Assembly (NCBI RefSeq): GCF_009914755.1
Contig: NC_060932.1
Source: the human T2T-CHM13v2.0 reference genome, Homo sapiens
DNA length: 64,000 nucleotides
Reading direction: 5' to 3' (one strand)
Positions within the stretch are counted from its first letter, which is position 1; each line of letters begins with the position of its first letter. Positions 1 through 14,552 of the stretch are shown piece after piece. A program made the position numbers and the translations under genes. The notes under the pieces are model-generated. The model saw only the letters and a program-made list of their open reading frames with translations, was not told where the DNA came from and ran no database searches.

Positions 1-681
1 TTGTCAAACATGTTGGCTTTATCTCTTTCTCATCTCTTTCTTCTGGTCCTTTCTTCCTGCCAGCCTGCCTTTCTCAAGTTTTTTGGTGGTAAAGCCAAGG
101 CTAAGGGTGAGCAGACCCATGCTGAGTTAATCTGGGGCCATTACTATAATTCTGACCTGCAGACTCAGGCATGACTAAGGGAAAAAAGCAGGTAGATTCT
201 ATGGGATGATGTCAGCTGCAGGTCAAAGCATTTTATATTCTGGAATGTGGGCATTTGGGGAGGTACAATATAGATAATGACAAAGAAGAAGGAAATAGAA
301 ACATAGAAGGTTGGGATTCGTTCAATCATCCACCTATTCCTTTGAAGATATTAAGAGTCTATTAAGACTCCACCTCTGCTAGACATGGCAAATATGGTGG
401 TAGCTGCAGACATGGATTCCACAATCATGAAGTCAATAATCTATAATTTCAAGAATCCTAGAGACCCTAAAGTGCTCCATGATTCTAAACAAACAAGAAA
501 AAACAATAATATTTCAGCGAGTGTGCTTAAAGCATTTCATGGTTGCTGACATTTTTGCATTTACTGACAAATTGCAGATGCATGGGTGGCAGCCGTTCAC
601 TCTGTTTGGAGGATAGGGATTGCATGACAAAAAGTCATTGTGGTTAAATATTATCATCCAAAGCTGTATCCTCTAATTTAG

Positions 682-860
682 AGGTTTGCAAAATGTGGTA
701 TTTTTGTTAATGAAGTTTTATGGGAACACAGCCATATCAACTTGCTTATGGATGGTCTGCTTTCAGAACAGCAGGATCAAATAGTTTGGACAGATATCTT
801 GAGGCCCATAGCCTAAAATATTTACCATCTTACTCTCTAAGAAGTTCAGTGTTCCCTACT
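682..860 (+). mobile_element. MER58A-like hAT-Charlie MITE (diverged)
   Basis: Contains 'tttttgttaatgaagttttatgggaacacagcca' and 'ggcccatagcctaaaatatttaccatct', matching the MER58A core. Confidence 0.7.
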
Positions 861-961
861 CTAATGCTCTTTTAGAGAGACTCAAAATACATTTGTATGC
901 TAAAAACTCTGAGAAGTTTTGTACTCAATACATCTTTGAATTCTGTTTAACCCAGGACTTC

Positions 962-1523
962 TGTGGTAGACAGTTTCTAAGATGGCCCTCAGTGACTCCT
1001 ACCTCCGGCTATTCATGGCCTGTATACTCATTCCTCTCCCTCTGAGTAGAGGTTGGACTGAATAATTTTCTTTCTAATGAATAGAATGCAGCATAAATAA
1101 TGGGATATCATTTTAGATGCTGGATTATAAAAATATCTACGTTTTTGTCTGGGACACTCTTTGGTTCTCTCTTGCTCTAAGATCACCGACTACCATGTTG
1201 TGAACACACTCAGGAAGCGTCTAGTGAAACCCGCTTGGTGAGGATCCAAGATGTGCAGCCACATGAGTACACTTGAAAAGGGAGGTTCTGAGGCTGCCAA
1301 CAGCCATGTGCGTGAGCTTCAAAACAAATTCTCCAGCCCCAGTTGAGTTTTGAGATGACTACAGCCGTGACTGAGAGCCTCATGAGAGCCCCTAAGCCAG
1401 AGGCATGCTGCTAAGCTGAGACTAGATCCCTGACCCGCAGAATCTGTGAGGCAATAAACATTTGTGGCCTTATGTTGCTAAGCATTGGAGCCGTATGTTA
1501 CACGGTAATAAGTAATTAATACA
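962..1523 (+). mobile_element. MLT1E-family MaLR solo LTR
   Basis: TGTGGTAG...TAATACA termini, aataaa near the 3' end, perfect 5-bp TSD acttc at 957-961 and 1524-1528. Confidence 0.85.
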
Positions 1524-2439
1524 ACTTCCTCAAATATTCAGTCCTTGAAGTCACTGTGCACCTTCACTTCACAACACCCCCCACCCTTCGCAATGGATCA
1601 CCTATTGTCTACTTGCAAGATGCCAACTCTCCAGTCAATACAGTTTGAGAAATAATGGCAAAAGATATTAAATAATTGAATCTTCCCAATAGTTCAAACT
1701 AAATAATAATAAATAAAAATTATGTTTCTATCCTGATCTTGAATTAAAACCCCAAAGAGCTTGGTTTATTGTCTTTTATTCAATATCATATTAATAGGCA
1801 CCCTTTAGACAAATGATTTTTTTCAGATCAAGGTTCCCACACCACTATAAGAAAGAAGTATAATTATAAAAAATCATCAGAAAGAACAGCTGCTTCAGAA
1901 AAGAGTCTACCATCTCCTGCCCTGTGAACTCTGTGTTTTCCAGATTATAGAAGATATAGAGATACTGTGCAATAGGGAGGTCACTGACATCTTCCCGGCA
2001 TCCTCACCCAAAGTTATAAAGCCATACATCGTTATTGTGTATTAGCTTTGGGAAATGTGTTGCTTGTCTTGGAAGCTGCTTTGCCTTCTGTTATAGGTCA
2101 GAGCTGACTCACAGTTTCATGATATTGGTTTTGCTAACTCATTAATCACATGGGTCAATGATGTATTTTCCCCCATTAATGACTATAAAGTCTATTTAAT
2201 TGAGTTTGTCAACAGCAGAAGAGACAATGGCTTTCAATAAATGATTCTGAAATTTACATATTTATCTGTACCTTTCATTTCATGGTAAAAGTTGAGCAAA
2301 ATAATTAATCCAATGATATCTTTAAGAACCTTGCCTTAGTAACTCTTCTGTGCTCAAGGCTGGGGATGTGTAAGAATACCATTCATATCAGTGAGGAATG
2401 TCAGCCCATTCCTGGGTGGACCGCATAGCAACTCGAAAT

Positions 2440-2640
2440 AATGCTCATTTTGGAATTAGATAAGAGTGAGCTTGAATTCCAGTTTTGCCTCTTGCCAGTT
2501 GTATGAACTTGGGCAAGATACTCAGTAATCCAAAGATCTGTTTCTCCAACAATAAACGTGGTAGAGTCATGGTCTGGGAATTAAATATGTATAAAATATC
2601 TTGCACAGTGCTCGGCTTGTAATAAGCACTTAAAATGATA
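2440..2640 (+). mobile_element. MIR SINE
   Basis: 'tgaacttgggcaagatactc...tgtttctccaacaataaa' MIR core and 'cacagtgctcggcttgtaataagcact' tail. Confidence 0.65.
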
Positions 2641-2952
2641 TTTTTTTCCTCACTTTACTTCCTTACACCCTAAACTTCTTACTCAAGACAGAAAAGCACT
2701 CATGAAGTCCTTTTTCTACATTATGCTGTGAATGCACTGAGCTACTGTTCTGCTTGTGTGCTGGTAGCCACTTATCTTGTCAGCTTGTGTGGCTTTTTAT
2801 TTCCTCTAATTGACATGGGCTGTCTTTGACCTAAAGGGTGGAAAACTTGAACATTTCCCATAAATGCCTAAGACACTTGACAGATAATAAAAATCCTAGT
2901 TTGAGGACATTTACTAGTTTGCAAGGTTACTGGAAAGAAATATGAATCTAAA

Positions 2953-3155
2953 GCAGGGATTGGCAAACCTGCACGCCAAATGTGGTCCATTGCCAGGTTT
3001 TGTAAATCAAGTTTTATTGGAACTGGCCGCACCCATTTGTTTATGTATTGTCTATAGTTGTTTTTCCAATACAATGTCAGTGTCAAGTAGTTGCAACAGA
3101 GACTGTATGGCCCACAAAGTCTAGAATATTTATAGAAAATGTTAGCCGACACCGA
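2953..3155 (+). mobile_element. MER58A hAT-Charlie MITE
   Basis: 'cagggattggcaaac...gttttattggaac...gactgtatggcccacaaag...ttagccgac' follows the consensus from TIR to TIR. Confidence 0.85.
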
Positions 3156-4902
3156 CCTAAAGAGTTAATCTCTTGAGGCAACTTTATAGGACAAATCTCT
3201 GAAAGTATTTTTGTGGAAATAAATTAGACTTGAGAAAACAATAAACAAAATATGATTTTTCATCAGAATATGAGAAAAAATAGTCTCAGGATCTAGAACT
3301 AAGATGCAATTCCAGTGAAATTAGTAAAGACAAGGAGAAAAAGATAGGCATGAATTCAAGGACTTGGGATCAAAAGGCATACATTTTTTTCCATAGGTCT
3401 ATCACTTTCAAGACATGTAACTTTGAACAAATGACCTTGCTCTTGACGAATTGTTTTCTTAATCTGTAAAATAAGAATTGCAATAATTCTCCTTCAAAGA
3501 ATTTTTGTGAGACTCAATGAGATAAGGTATTCCATAAATTTGAAAGCTTCATATAAATGTTATTTTTTATTATTATTGTTAAGACTCATACCACACACTC
3601 AAAATGTGTTTGCAGAATAAATTAATTTAAAGATTGTACTTCTAAGATTGTTGGCAAATGTCTAGGCTTGTACAACATGGTACTATATATGTTGCTTTAG
3701 CAGTCAACTATGGGTTAAATTCATTATTGTCCAAAGTCTCATTATATTTTCTTTTCAATTTAAATGGTATTTTAGGTTTTTAAACTTCAGGGAAACTTCC
3801 AATGTAGATACTTTCTAATCCTTATGGATGATGTTCTATGTCTAAAATGCTGAAAATTGTGAAACACAGTTGTACTCATTCCGTACTAGATCAATGGTAG
3901 TGAGGATAAGTCTCCTTTACTCTCTTGTAGGGATTATTTCATCACTGAGCTTAGAACAACCAGTCTATCTTAGAACTGCTAGGGCCATATAGCATAAAAA
4001 CCTTCTCTATTCTTCCTTGGCCCTAAGGACCTGATGACACCCTGGCAGCTTAGGTAAAACTCTCCATGTTCCCAACCCATGACTCTTCTTCTGGCCTCTC
4101 TCTGTGAAGTAGATGGACAGTGCTCAGCACATTGATTTGTAGTTGCCTACAAATAATATCCCTGGGCCCAGGAAGAATCCAGTTGTTTCTGCCACATGGA
4201 TGGGAGGGGAGGAAAAGTTAGGGAGTTAAGATGATGATACAGAAGGTCTGCCTTGACGGGGAGGGGGAATTGGGGTGAATGTAAATGAAAAATTACTATT
4301 CTGGGAAGATGCTGGCAGGATTCCCAGATTTCCCTTTGTGTGAATGCCATTCAGTTCAATTAGGTTTCCAGCTTCTGCTGTATTCCAGCTGTGATTTGTG
4401 CCTGCTATGCAGTGATTTACTCTCTGCCACTCTTAATCCACACATTTTCAGGCTGGTAACAACACATACTGGCATCTAACTTGCAGAGACGGGTGTCCTT
4501 CTAACATCAAAATGTCATAAAATAGAAAGTGCCTGTAGTGAAAACTCCTTGTGAGTGTGGGGTCTGAAGAAGTCAGGTTGCCCTGGGAAAAATACCTTAG
4601 GAAGGCCTCTGTTCAGAATCCAAGGCATACATATTCTCTCCTATTTGCCTCACATACATTCACTTCAAATACTGTCTATATGTAAATATCATTCTAACCA
4701 TTTCACAGGTGAGGAAACTGAAACACAGGCATGGAACTTGCAAACAGCCACTCAGGCAGTGAGTATTAAAACTGGACAGAGAATCCAAGTCTGTCCATAT
4801 TTTTGTCACTCTCCTAGGCTGGTCTCATGAGCCCTGAATTGATATTTTAGTGTCAGGAATGTTGATTGCATTCTCTTCTCATTCTCTTTTTCCTTTCTCC
4901 CT

Positions 4903-4984
4903 ACCTTCCTTCCTTCCTTCCTTCCTTCCTTCCTTCCCTCCCTCCTTACTTCCTTCCTTCCTTCCTTCTTTCCCTCCCTCCCTT
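4903..4984. repeat. (CCTT)n / (CCCT)n microsatellite
   Basis: Directly visible tandem tetranucleotide run. Confidence 0.95.
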
Positions 4985-5228
4985 GATTTTTCCTCTTTTC
5001 TTTTCATGAATGTCCTTTTAGAATTAATAATTATCTGACTGCTACTTGACAGTTAGCCAGTGCAACACAGTCATTCTCTTTTGTTGATGTCAGGATTTGA
5101 AGTGGGGGTGATGAAAAATGTGATGGTCCATTCAACACCAAATCCAGAGCCAAGCACATCATCACAGCAAGTTACCCAAATAACTTACATATCTGCACTG
5201 ATTTACAAAGGAGGATTGATCTGCTAAA

Positions 5229-5483
5229 GCAGACTTCGGTTAACCTTTTCTGGAGAGGGACAGATAGTAAATATTTTAGGCTTTGTGGGCCACCCAGTCT
5301 CTTACAACTGTTCAACTCTGCAGTGTTGATCGGCTTAAATTGTTTTCAGTTGCAGTTTATCCATGAAAACAGCCACGGACAACCCACAGACAAGGGAGCA
5401 AGGCTATGTTCCAATAAAATCTTACTTACAAATGCAAGACATAGGCCACACTTGGCCTGTGGTTCAAGATTTGCTGACCTAAG
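5229..5483 (-). mobile_element. MER58A (reverse) carrying a ~35-bp foreign insertion at 5330-5364
   Basis: 'agatagtaaatattttaggctttgtgggcca' and 'gttccaataaaat' are reverse-complement MER58A; the central segment is not consensus. Confidence 0.8.
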
Positions 5484-6699
5484 TACTAGAATACCTTCAG
5501 TGTTAAGCAGCTAATCTGGGATTTCCCTGCAGATTGTGGCAGATAGGACAAACGCAAAGAAACTGACTGGGGAAACATCTGATTGGCATTAGAGCCACCA
5601 GAAAGTTCCAGATTATCTGGTTTTTGTGTTATGTGCTACAAAGGATGCTCATTGGTGAAGACAGTAACCAGAGTCAAGATCAACTTCCCTTGTGGAGCTA
5701 AATCTAGAGAGGACCCCAGGGATGGACCTCAGTGGTAAAGGTCAGAACCTGGTTGAGCCAGAATACTGGGTTGAACAAACATCGAAGAGAAGAAAAAATA
5801 AACAAAGGACCATTGTGGTAGTGGTGCTGGGGGGTGCTTTAGGGGTAAATTTCGAGGTAGATGTCATCTTAACTCTCTTCTGTGACACCAAAGTCAAATT
5901 ACATCAAAAGATGTCATGTGCTTCTTTTCCCTGTGTCCTAAGCAGACAGAACACATTCATCCATTTATCCAGGATCCAAGTCATGCATATTATCTCCACC
6001 CCTGTTGTATTTTCTCCAACCCCTCATCCATTCATTCATATAGTCACATAGTAAATATTAATGATTGACTATGAGTCAAAGACTTGCATTACAGGCCTGT
6101 GCCTTCGAGGGACTCAGGGTCTAACATCATGGGATTAATAAGTAACTAATAAATGCAGTGACATCTTGTGGGTATCATGACAGAAGTTTATATAAAGTAC
6201 ACAGAGGAAGAGCAGAGGAGGGAAGAGATATCTATCTGGGTTAGTTCAGAATTCGGGCTGATCGACATCTCGGTGCTGGGGGAATGATGGCAACTGAGAT
6301 TCAGCTTAAGTTATTTTCAGTTGCACTTTATCCATAAACTGGTAAATAAGCAATGTAAATGTTTCTCTGGTTCCCATGGAGGTATTAAGAAGTTCAGGGA
6401 TCAATGCCATCTACAAAATGTGAATGCCCCACCAGGTTGGAAAAGCACTGAAGCAAGGGGCTTGCTTCCTTTTATATCATCAGATTGTGGGAGGAGCCGT
6501 GAGGTCCAGACTTCCCTGTGTTCTGTTTCTACAATGGGACCATCAGTAAGCATGCTCACTATCTTCCACATTATCCCATACATTTGTCCTAGGGAATGAA
6601 TGAAGAAAATTTATTTTGGTGTTTTTGCTTGATGCAGTTTAGTGTTAATATATTTTATTATTAATGTTAATATTAATTATCTACACAGACAATGTTTGC

Positions 6700-6885
6700 A
6701 TTGGGTTTTAGCATTTTTAAAATGTTTTTATATTGATCATCTCTTTTTATCTGATCCTCATTGCATTCTTATAAAACTGGATGGAGAAACTGAGGCTTAA
6801 TGACACTGAGGACCTTAGCCAAATTTACACACCTCATCAGTGGCTGGAACTGAATCTTGAACCTGGTTCCCCAATTCTGACTCCT
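6700..6885 (-). mobile_element. MIR SINE
   Basis: 'atggagaaactgaggcttaa...gctggaactgaatcttgaacctgg' is the antisense MIR core. Confidence 0.7.
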
Positions 6886-6886
6886 G

Positions 6887-6917
6887 GTTTCTTTCTTTTC
6901 TTCTTTCTTTCTTTCGT

Positions 6918-6989
<72 letters not shown>

Positions 6990-7115
6990 TTTCTTTCTTT
7001 CTTTCTCTCTTTCTTGCTTTCTTTCTTTCTTCTTTCTTTTTCTTTCTTTCTCTCTCTCTCTTTCTTTCTTTCTCTTTCTCTCCTTCCTTCCTTCCTTGTT
7101 TCTCTCTTTCTTTCC
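6887..7115. repeat. (TTTC)n compound polypyrimidine microsatellite
   Basis: Long visible TTTC/CT/CCTT tract; explains the K/E/R-rich and F/L/S-rich ORFs. Confidence 0.95.
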
Positions 7116-9540
7116 TGATTTCTTGAGACCACCTCATGCTAATTTCAGCTCTGTTGTCCCTTTCTGCCACAGGTATTAAATGATCTTGAGGAAGTATTCT
7201 TTTGTAAGATGATGCAGAAAGGTGGGGAAGATAGAGCACTGTGAACTTAAAGTTGGGAGGAAAATCAATTGCTGTGGATTTGCTCTATCAGCTTCAGCCT
7301 TCCAAATGTGGAGGCTCATTGTTGGTCATGGATAAAATCTAATCCTCCCTTACACCCTGGGAGGTTGTAAAAGGGAGGCCTAAATAAGTAGGGAGATTTT
7401 GCAATCTCTAAGGAGACAGAATGGACCCAGCAATTTCACTATTTGGGGCTGGAGATGAGCATTTCAATTGGGAAGAAAGAATGTCAACTAAGGGTTTCTA
7501 AGTATATACATTTGGTGAGTATTGCATTTTGTGTTAATGATCAGGAAAAGAGGGAAGTGGACACGAAACAAAAAAGATTTTCAGACTTCCTTACAGTCTA
7601 ACAAGTATCTTCTCATTGATTGCCTTATTGAGTACTCCCAAACACTTTGTAGATACGATTGTTTTAAAGTAGTATTATCACCACCCTCATAGAGTAGACT
7701 GGGAAACAGCCTTAGTGAGATAAGAAACACGTTCATATACTCTCAGTAAGTGAGAGACCTGAGATTTGCCTCAATCCCAGTTCCCTGCTAGGCTCATTAT
7801 CTCCTTGGCTTATTTCTTCACTGAACAGCTTATTTTATTTTATCCAGACAAAGATGGTCTCCATTCTTTTTGGCCCCTGGCCATTTTGATTGCTCTAGGA
7901 TACTGCAGCTCCCTAGATTGCTAATGTCTGCATACAGCTCTGTCTTGCTGAGTAGCCCAGGGGCTCTCTGATACCTAAGACACACCAAGGAGATACTTGG
8001 TACATGTTTGCCATCAGAGTATGAAAAAGAGGAACTGATGAATAGATGGAAGCCATGTATGTGTCACTGACCTAGACCACAGCACTAATGGGTTATGGTC
8101 ATGCTTTTATTTTCCCCTGGCTACTGTGTTGTACATCCTTAAATGTCAGAGCTGGAAGAGGTCTGAGGTCACCTAGTCCAACCTCATGATACTGCAGATG
8201 AGAAGACTGAACACATATTGGAGAACCACCACGCCTATGATCACACAACTTTACTCAGCTTTGCAGCCATTGACTTTCATTTAGTAAATATGTGCAAAGG
8301 TGAAAATGGTCACTCGGAAGAGGAAAACTATACATGGTGCCTGAGACTTGCAGTAGGCCTAATAATGCATGGGCTGATTGAATGAGTGAGTTAATTTCAA
8401 TTTCTGGCAACTAAGTGCACACCTTACTGAGTGTGAGTTATCCTGTCATTATTGTTAGGAAAGACAAGATGCACCTGGGTGTCCATTCTAGACATTTTAG
8501 AAAAGGATGGTTTTTAAAGCCCATTCATTTCTGACTTTTAAGTGTCATTGACTTCTGGGTCCAGGAAGTCCTGGCTGACAGATACAAGATTGCCCTACAT
8601 GGGCTTTAAAAACTTTCCAGAGCCTCTTGGTTTGACAAAATATTAAAAACTTATTGGATCTCTATTCACAGAGTTGGAAGTTGACTCTACTGTCCTTTAC
8701 TGCTTTCTGCTCCCTGCAGAATTTTTGAGGATCCAGCTTCCTCCTTCAGAAAACTATCTGCCTTCTCATAGATAAATGCAATCTCAATGGCCATTCATGT
8801 TTCCAAGAGGCTTATCTAAAACAAAGATAGCTCTGTGTAAGCTAAGCAAATAAAGAAAACCACCTTTTTTGTAATTATTTTCCGGGCATTTTAATGCAAT
8901 AGGAATAAAATTTAGTTTCCATGACCTTGAAACTCTAACAAGAGCAGTTAACAGAAATATGGGTCTAGGATGAGCCAGAGCCTCCCTGAAGGCTTTTGAA
9001 AAATCCACCTACACAAATGAACGAAATCACTTTATCTTTTTAAATTGAGGATGTGTTTCTTTGGGCAGTCAAAAAATCAAACTTATAAATAATGGGTCAT
9101 TTGTGTCCTCACAGTGTGACTGAACAGGCATAGGCACAGAGGCTGGAAGAACAGGTTCTGCTCTGTCACTACCATTTCCTATTTCTGTGACTTTGGAGAG
9201 GCAGGCCCTTCATAACCTCTCCAAGACTCAGTTTTATTTGAAAAATAAGATGAAAATCCTTAGCCTCAGAGGTTAACTGTGAAAAGAACTAGCATAGTCA
9301 GTGGCACAAGTTGGTTCATGATTTCATTTCAGCCTGGGTCTGACTCTTTAGGAAACTGGACTTCAGTTGAATAAACTTTGAATAAGTAGAACATTGGGCA
9401 GATAACTGCACCTCTGCATCATCAATGGGCAAATGACTGTACCCACGTTCCTGCACCTGTATTCTGAGAAGCTTAGATTAAATGATTTCTGAAAGTCCTT
9501 AAAATAGTAGTAATTATATACAAATGATATGCAAAGTACT

Positions 9541-9592
9541 TTATATATGTGTGTGTATGTATATACATTTATTTTATACATATATATATATA
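9541..9592. repeat. (TA)/(TG) microsatellite derived from an Alu tail
   Basis: Visible alternating repeats abutting the Alu poly(T). Confidence 0.8.
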
Positions 9593-10014
<422 letters not shown>

Positions 10015-12254
10015 TGAGGAAGGAGTTAAGGTCAGAAGAGAGCAAACAGCCATTCAAGGCCACGACACTGAAAGGCAGAACTGCTGGGATGTGAACCTGA
10101 TCTGGGAGACCACCAAGACCCCATGTGGATCCACTGAACAGTACATCATTACAGAGATAGAATCACAATGGAATATATGGGAATGTTGGGGGCCCTCCTA
10201 AGGCACCCTGATTCTCCTGCCAGCCCCTCAATTATTCCAACACTGTCTTCTTAGTCCAAGCCTTCTGGAGTCTAGACAAACACAGACAAAAAAACCCCCT
10301 ACAATATAACTTTTCTTATGAATTTAAACCAATAATTAACTACACATTGACTTTTTGGGGAGGATGAGGTCACTCACTTTGTACTCCCTATGTCTGGCAA
10401 TCATGAGGCACAGGCAGGCACTCAATGCATGCTACCTTGAACTGAGCTTTCCTTGTATGCCATTCATCTCTTGTTTCCAATACTCTTCTTAGCTCTTGTC
10501 TTTATAGCCTCTTTATTGATTTTAAGACTACCTTTTGGAACTTACAAAAATCTTAAAGCAGAAGTGCTTAGGAAGCATTTATTTGGATGCTTTTTTTTGT
10601 AACAAGAAGGAGCCTGAATTCATGAAGTGAGTGGGTAGCAGAGAAAGTTTTTTCTTTCCTGAAGTGCAAGGTTCTTCATACCCCAGCACCCTTTTTAGGT
10701 GAGGCTACCCATTCCTTACTCAACCACTTCGAACACCATTGCAGCACCTATTCCCTGCAGGGGGCAGGGTGCAATGAGCCTGCCTGTCTAATGATATTAT
10801 AGTTGATTGGGTGATTTCCGAATTATATCAGATGGGCTAGTAAGCTGCTGGGACATAAATTTCTGATATATTTACAAGGTTTTATGACTCTCGCTCTACT
10901 CTGAAAGCTTCTCCAGCCAAATGTGATGGTAACAAAAAACTGAGTGAGAAGTGTTCCCCAAAGCAGAGGAAGGCCCTGAAGAAAAAAAGGAAAAGGAGAA
11001 TCAAGTGACAGGAAAAACATGTGGGCTAATATTTTCCACATTTGTCCCCAGTGAAAACCCTTAGTGGAATATGCCATGTTAGAACAATACGAATTTGGCC
11101 TTGATATATCTGTCACTTCTAGAAAAAGAAAAAGATGTCTTTCATCTTGTCAAGATTGGACTTAAGCCAATGAAGTCTGCATATCTGGGGTCTCCTGGGA
11201 CAAATGTTTCGGTACAAGATCTACTTGTAGCTTTTAGGCAAAGGCATTGGCAATGAAACCACACTGGGAGGAAGAAGGGAAAAGAACGTTGACTGAGTGC
11301 CTACTATGCTTCCATCGGTATTGCTCAGGTGCCAAACTCACAAGCCTACACACCCACCTCCTTGACTTTCCAGTAATATAACCTAGCAATTTATTTAACC
11401 TTCCAGTGCATCATATAATTTTTATGAGTATTAAATGAAATTAGTCTAGTAAAGTTCTTAGAATACTTCCTAGCATGTAGTAGCACTTGAAAAGTTTTAT
11501 TTTTTATTATGATGGGACTTATTTGCAATGTGTATGGGAGCATTCTTGACTGCCTCAATGACTGGGGGCACTATGCTGACATTTTGAACTCAGCTTCCTG
11601 AAATACTTAATATTTTAAAGTGTATGCAACAGGCTTGCACAAAGGGAATGTACCCCCATGTTTCCCTTGTTGAGAAACACAGCTAGGTCCTATACTGTTG
11701 GTTGCATAATTTTTAATCATTACTAAAGATGCTGTGAGGTCAGTAATTATTACCCCTAATTCACAGATGGGAAAACTGAAAGTTTCAATAACTTGCACAA
11801 TGTCAAAATGCTATGAGTAGGTATTGCTCAGGTTTCAAATAACAGATTACTGTCTCTAAAACTGATGCTTTCTTTGCTACATTCTGCTTCCTTGATTACA
11901 AGCATCCAGATACTAGTGTTCAAGTCTTTCTGAAAAATGGAAAACTAGGGGTAAGTCAAGATATCCATATCATAATTTGAACAGAAATATTTAAGTTGGT
12001 TAGAAAAAAGTAGCTAATTTATGGGGCAATTGTTGAACTTTAGCACCCTCAGCCATGTGAAAAGCTGCTCATTAGCTGGCAGGCAGTTTGTCTTGCTAAC
12101 AGTAATAACCAGTCCTTTCTATCCTGGGAGCCTCTTCTCTCAGAGCTGGGTGAATATACATTGGAGATGACCATGAGCATCCACAGTGGTGGCCAGGGAC
12201 ATTGCAAATTTCCTACCTGAGTATGCATTACCCAGCATTTGATTTAGTCTGTGT

Positions 12255-12786
12255 TTACATTCATTTATTCATTTTAAAACACTCATTGTCTCAATTCAAG
12301 GCTAACACATTGTGCTAAAAACTGGATCAAAGGCAAATCTAATGTATTATTTTCTTCAAAGACATTCTGATTTAATGAAGAAGATGCGTAAGAAAGGATT
12401 GCAGTGCACTGTGGAAAGAACAATGATAGAAGAGTTTACAAGGTGCAAAGATAGCTTAAGGCAAGAGATGCTGAATCTCCCCCAGAGAGTCCAACTAGGC
12501 CTCCCTATTTCAGCAGTGGTTTGGGCATTCGTCAGGTGTGCATCAAGAAACCTATGCAGCAAGAGAGGATAGCAGGTGCAAAGTAAGAAAGCCTCCGAAG
12601 CTCAGCTCCAAGTACCTTGGCAAGGCATGAACAAGGCTGTGGGGAGAAAATGGGAAAATGTAAGCCTGGAGAGTAGGCAGGGGCAAGATCAGAAAGGGAG
12701 TTTGCTGAAGAGTTCCCCTTTTATTTGGCAGTTAATAAAGAACCAGTAGCAGCAAACAGTGTGTGTTATTTGGATGAACCACAGTA
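12255..12786 (-). mobile_element. L2 LINE fragment
   Basis: 'cattcatttattcatttt...cattgtgctaaaaactgg' antisense 3' end plus 'ggagagtaggcaggggcaagatc' L2-like body. Confidence 0.5.
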
Positions 12787-13985
12787 CAGTCATGCACTTC
12801 ATAATGACGTTTTGGTCAACAACTGACCACGTATAGAATTGTGGTCCTGTAAGATTAGAACAGAGCTAAAAAATTCCCATGGCCTAGTGATGTGATGTCG
12901 TAGCCATCTTCAGTCATTGCATAACACATTACTTGTTGTGGTGGTGGTGATCCTGGTGTAAATAAGCCTACTATGTTGCCAGTTGTTGAAAGTTTAGCAA
13001 GTTTAATGAGGTACAGTACATAATACTTCATAATGATATTAAACGACTATGTTTCTGGTTGATAAATTTACTATATTATACATTTTATCATTATTTTGGA
13101 GTATACTCTTTCTGCTTATAAAGAGAGTTAACTGTAAAACAGCTTCTGACAGGTCCTTCAGAAGGTATTTCAGAAGAAGGCACTATTATCCCAGGAGATG
13201 ACAGCTCCATGCGTGTTGTTGTCCTTGAAGGCATTCTAGCAGGACAAGATGTGTAAGTGGAAGGTAGTGATAGGAATAACCCTGCCTCTGTGTAAGCCTA
13301 GGCTAGCGTGTGTGCTTGTGTTTTCATTTTTAATAAAAAAGTTTTAAAAGTAAAAAAAATGTTAAATAGAATAAAGGCTTATAAGGATATGAAGAAAGCA
13401 AATATTTTTGTACAGTTGTACAATCTATTGTGATTTAAGGTAAATGTTTATTACAAAAGAGTCAAAAAGTTTAAAAACATTAAAAGTTTATTAAGTAAAA
13501 AGTTATAGTAAGCTAAGATTAATTTATCATTGAAGAAATAACATGTAAAGTAAATTTAGGGTAGCCTAAATGTACATTGTTTATAAAGTCTACAGTAGTG
13601 TACAGTAATAAATATCCTATGCCTTCACATTCACTCACCACTCACTCACTGACTCACCCAGAGCCACCTCTAGTCTTGCAGGCTCCATTCGTGGTAAATG
13701 CCTTAGACCATTTTTTTATCCCTTACACCATATTTTTACTGTACATTTTCTATGTTTAAATACACAAATTCTTATCATCGCATTATAATCACCCCCTGCA
13801 TTCAGTACAATAAAGTGCTGTACAGGGTTGTAACCTAGGAGCATAAGGGTATACCATATCAGCTAGGTATGTAGTAGTCTATACAACCTAGGTTTGTGTG
13901 AGTCCACTCTGTAATGTTTGCCCAGTGGAATCACCTAATGATGCATTTCTCAGGACATATCCCCATCATTATGTGACACATTCAT
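12787..13985 (+). mobile_element. Tigger3 (Golem) family non-autonomous DNA transposon, Tigger3b-like
   Basis: TA + 'cagtcatgcacttcataatgacgttttggtcaac' TIR, ~1.2 kb length, terminal 'ccccatcattatgtgacaca'. Confidence 0.85.
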
Positions 13986-14552
13986 GCATTTGATGCACAC
14001 ACAAAAATATGTATCAAGACCTGCCTTTTCTATACATGATGTTCCTGTCAATAGTTCATGAGTTGCCAATTCTGTACAATTACCTTTGGGGTTGTGTCTC
14101 ATATTTATTTATTTCCTTCATCTCTTCTGTGGTTCCCTAATCCAAACTCCCATCCTTTTGAATTCTCATCACTACAGAGGCTTCACCACTACTCTCTCCT
14201 TCCTATAATCCATCCTTCACTTATAGAGCTTCCTAAAATCATAAATACGAGGGAATGTGTGCTAAATATAAGACCAGGAACTCAATATATATTTCTTAAA
14301 GAAACATTAATAAATGGCAATTAAAAACTCATATAAGAGTTTACAATTGACAGAACATTTTCTCATACCTCTTAAAATTATAGCTATTGTCTTTTTTGCT
14401 GTGTTCATCAAGGACTAAAAAGTATAAGACTAAAAAGTTTAAGAATGACCAAAAAAAAAAAGATGTAATAGGAATAGAGAGTAAAGACTTAATGATTCCA
14501 GGGAGCAGTATCAGGAGTTAAAATATTGATTGTAAACATACAAATTGGGTAA

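Noticed and set aside
6769-7239. K/E/R-rich 156-aa ORF and overlapping F/L/S-rich ORFs
   Set aside because: Translation of the (TTTC)n microsatellite, which lacks stop codons.
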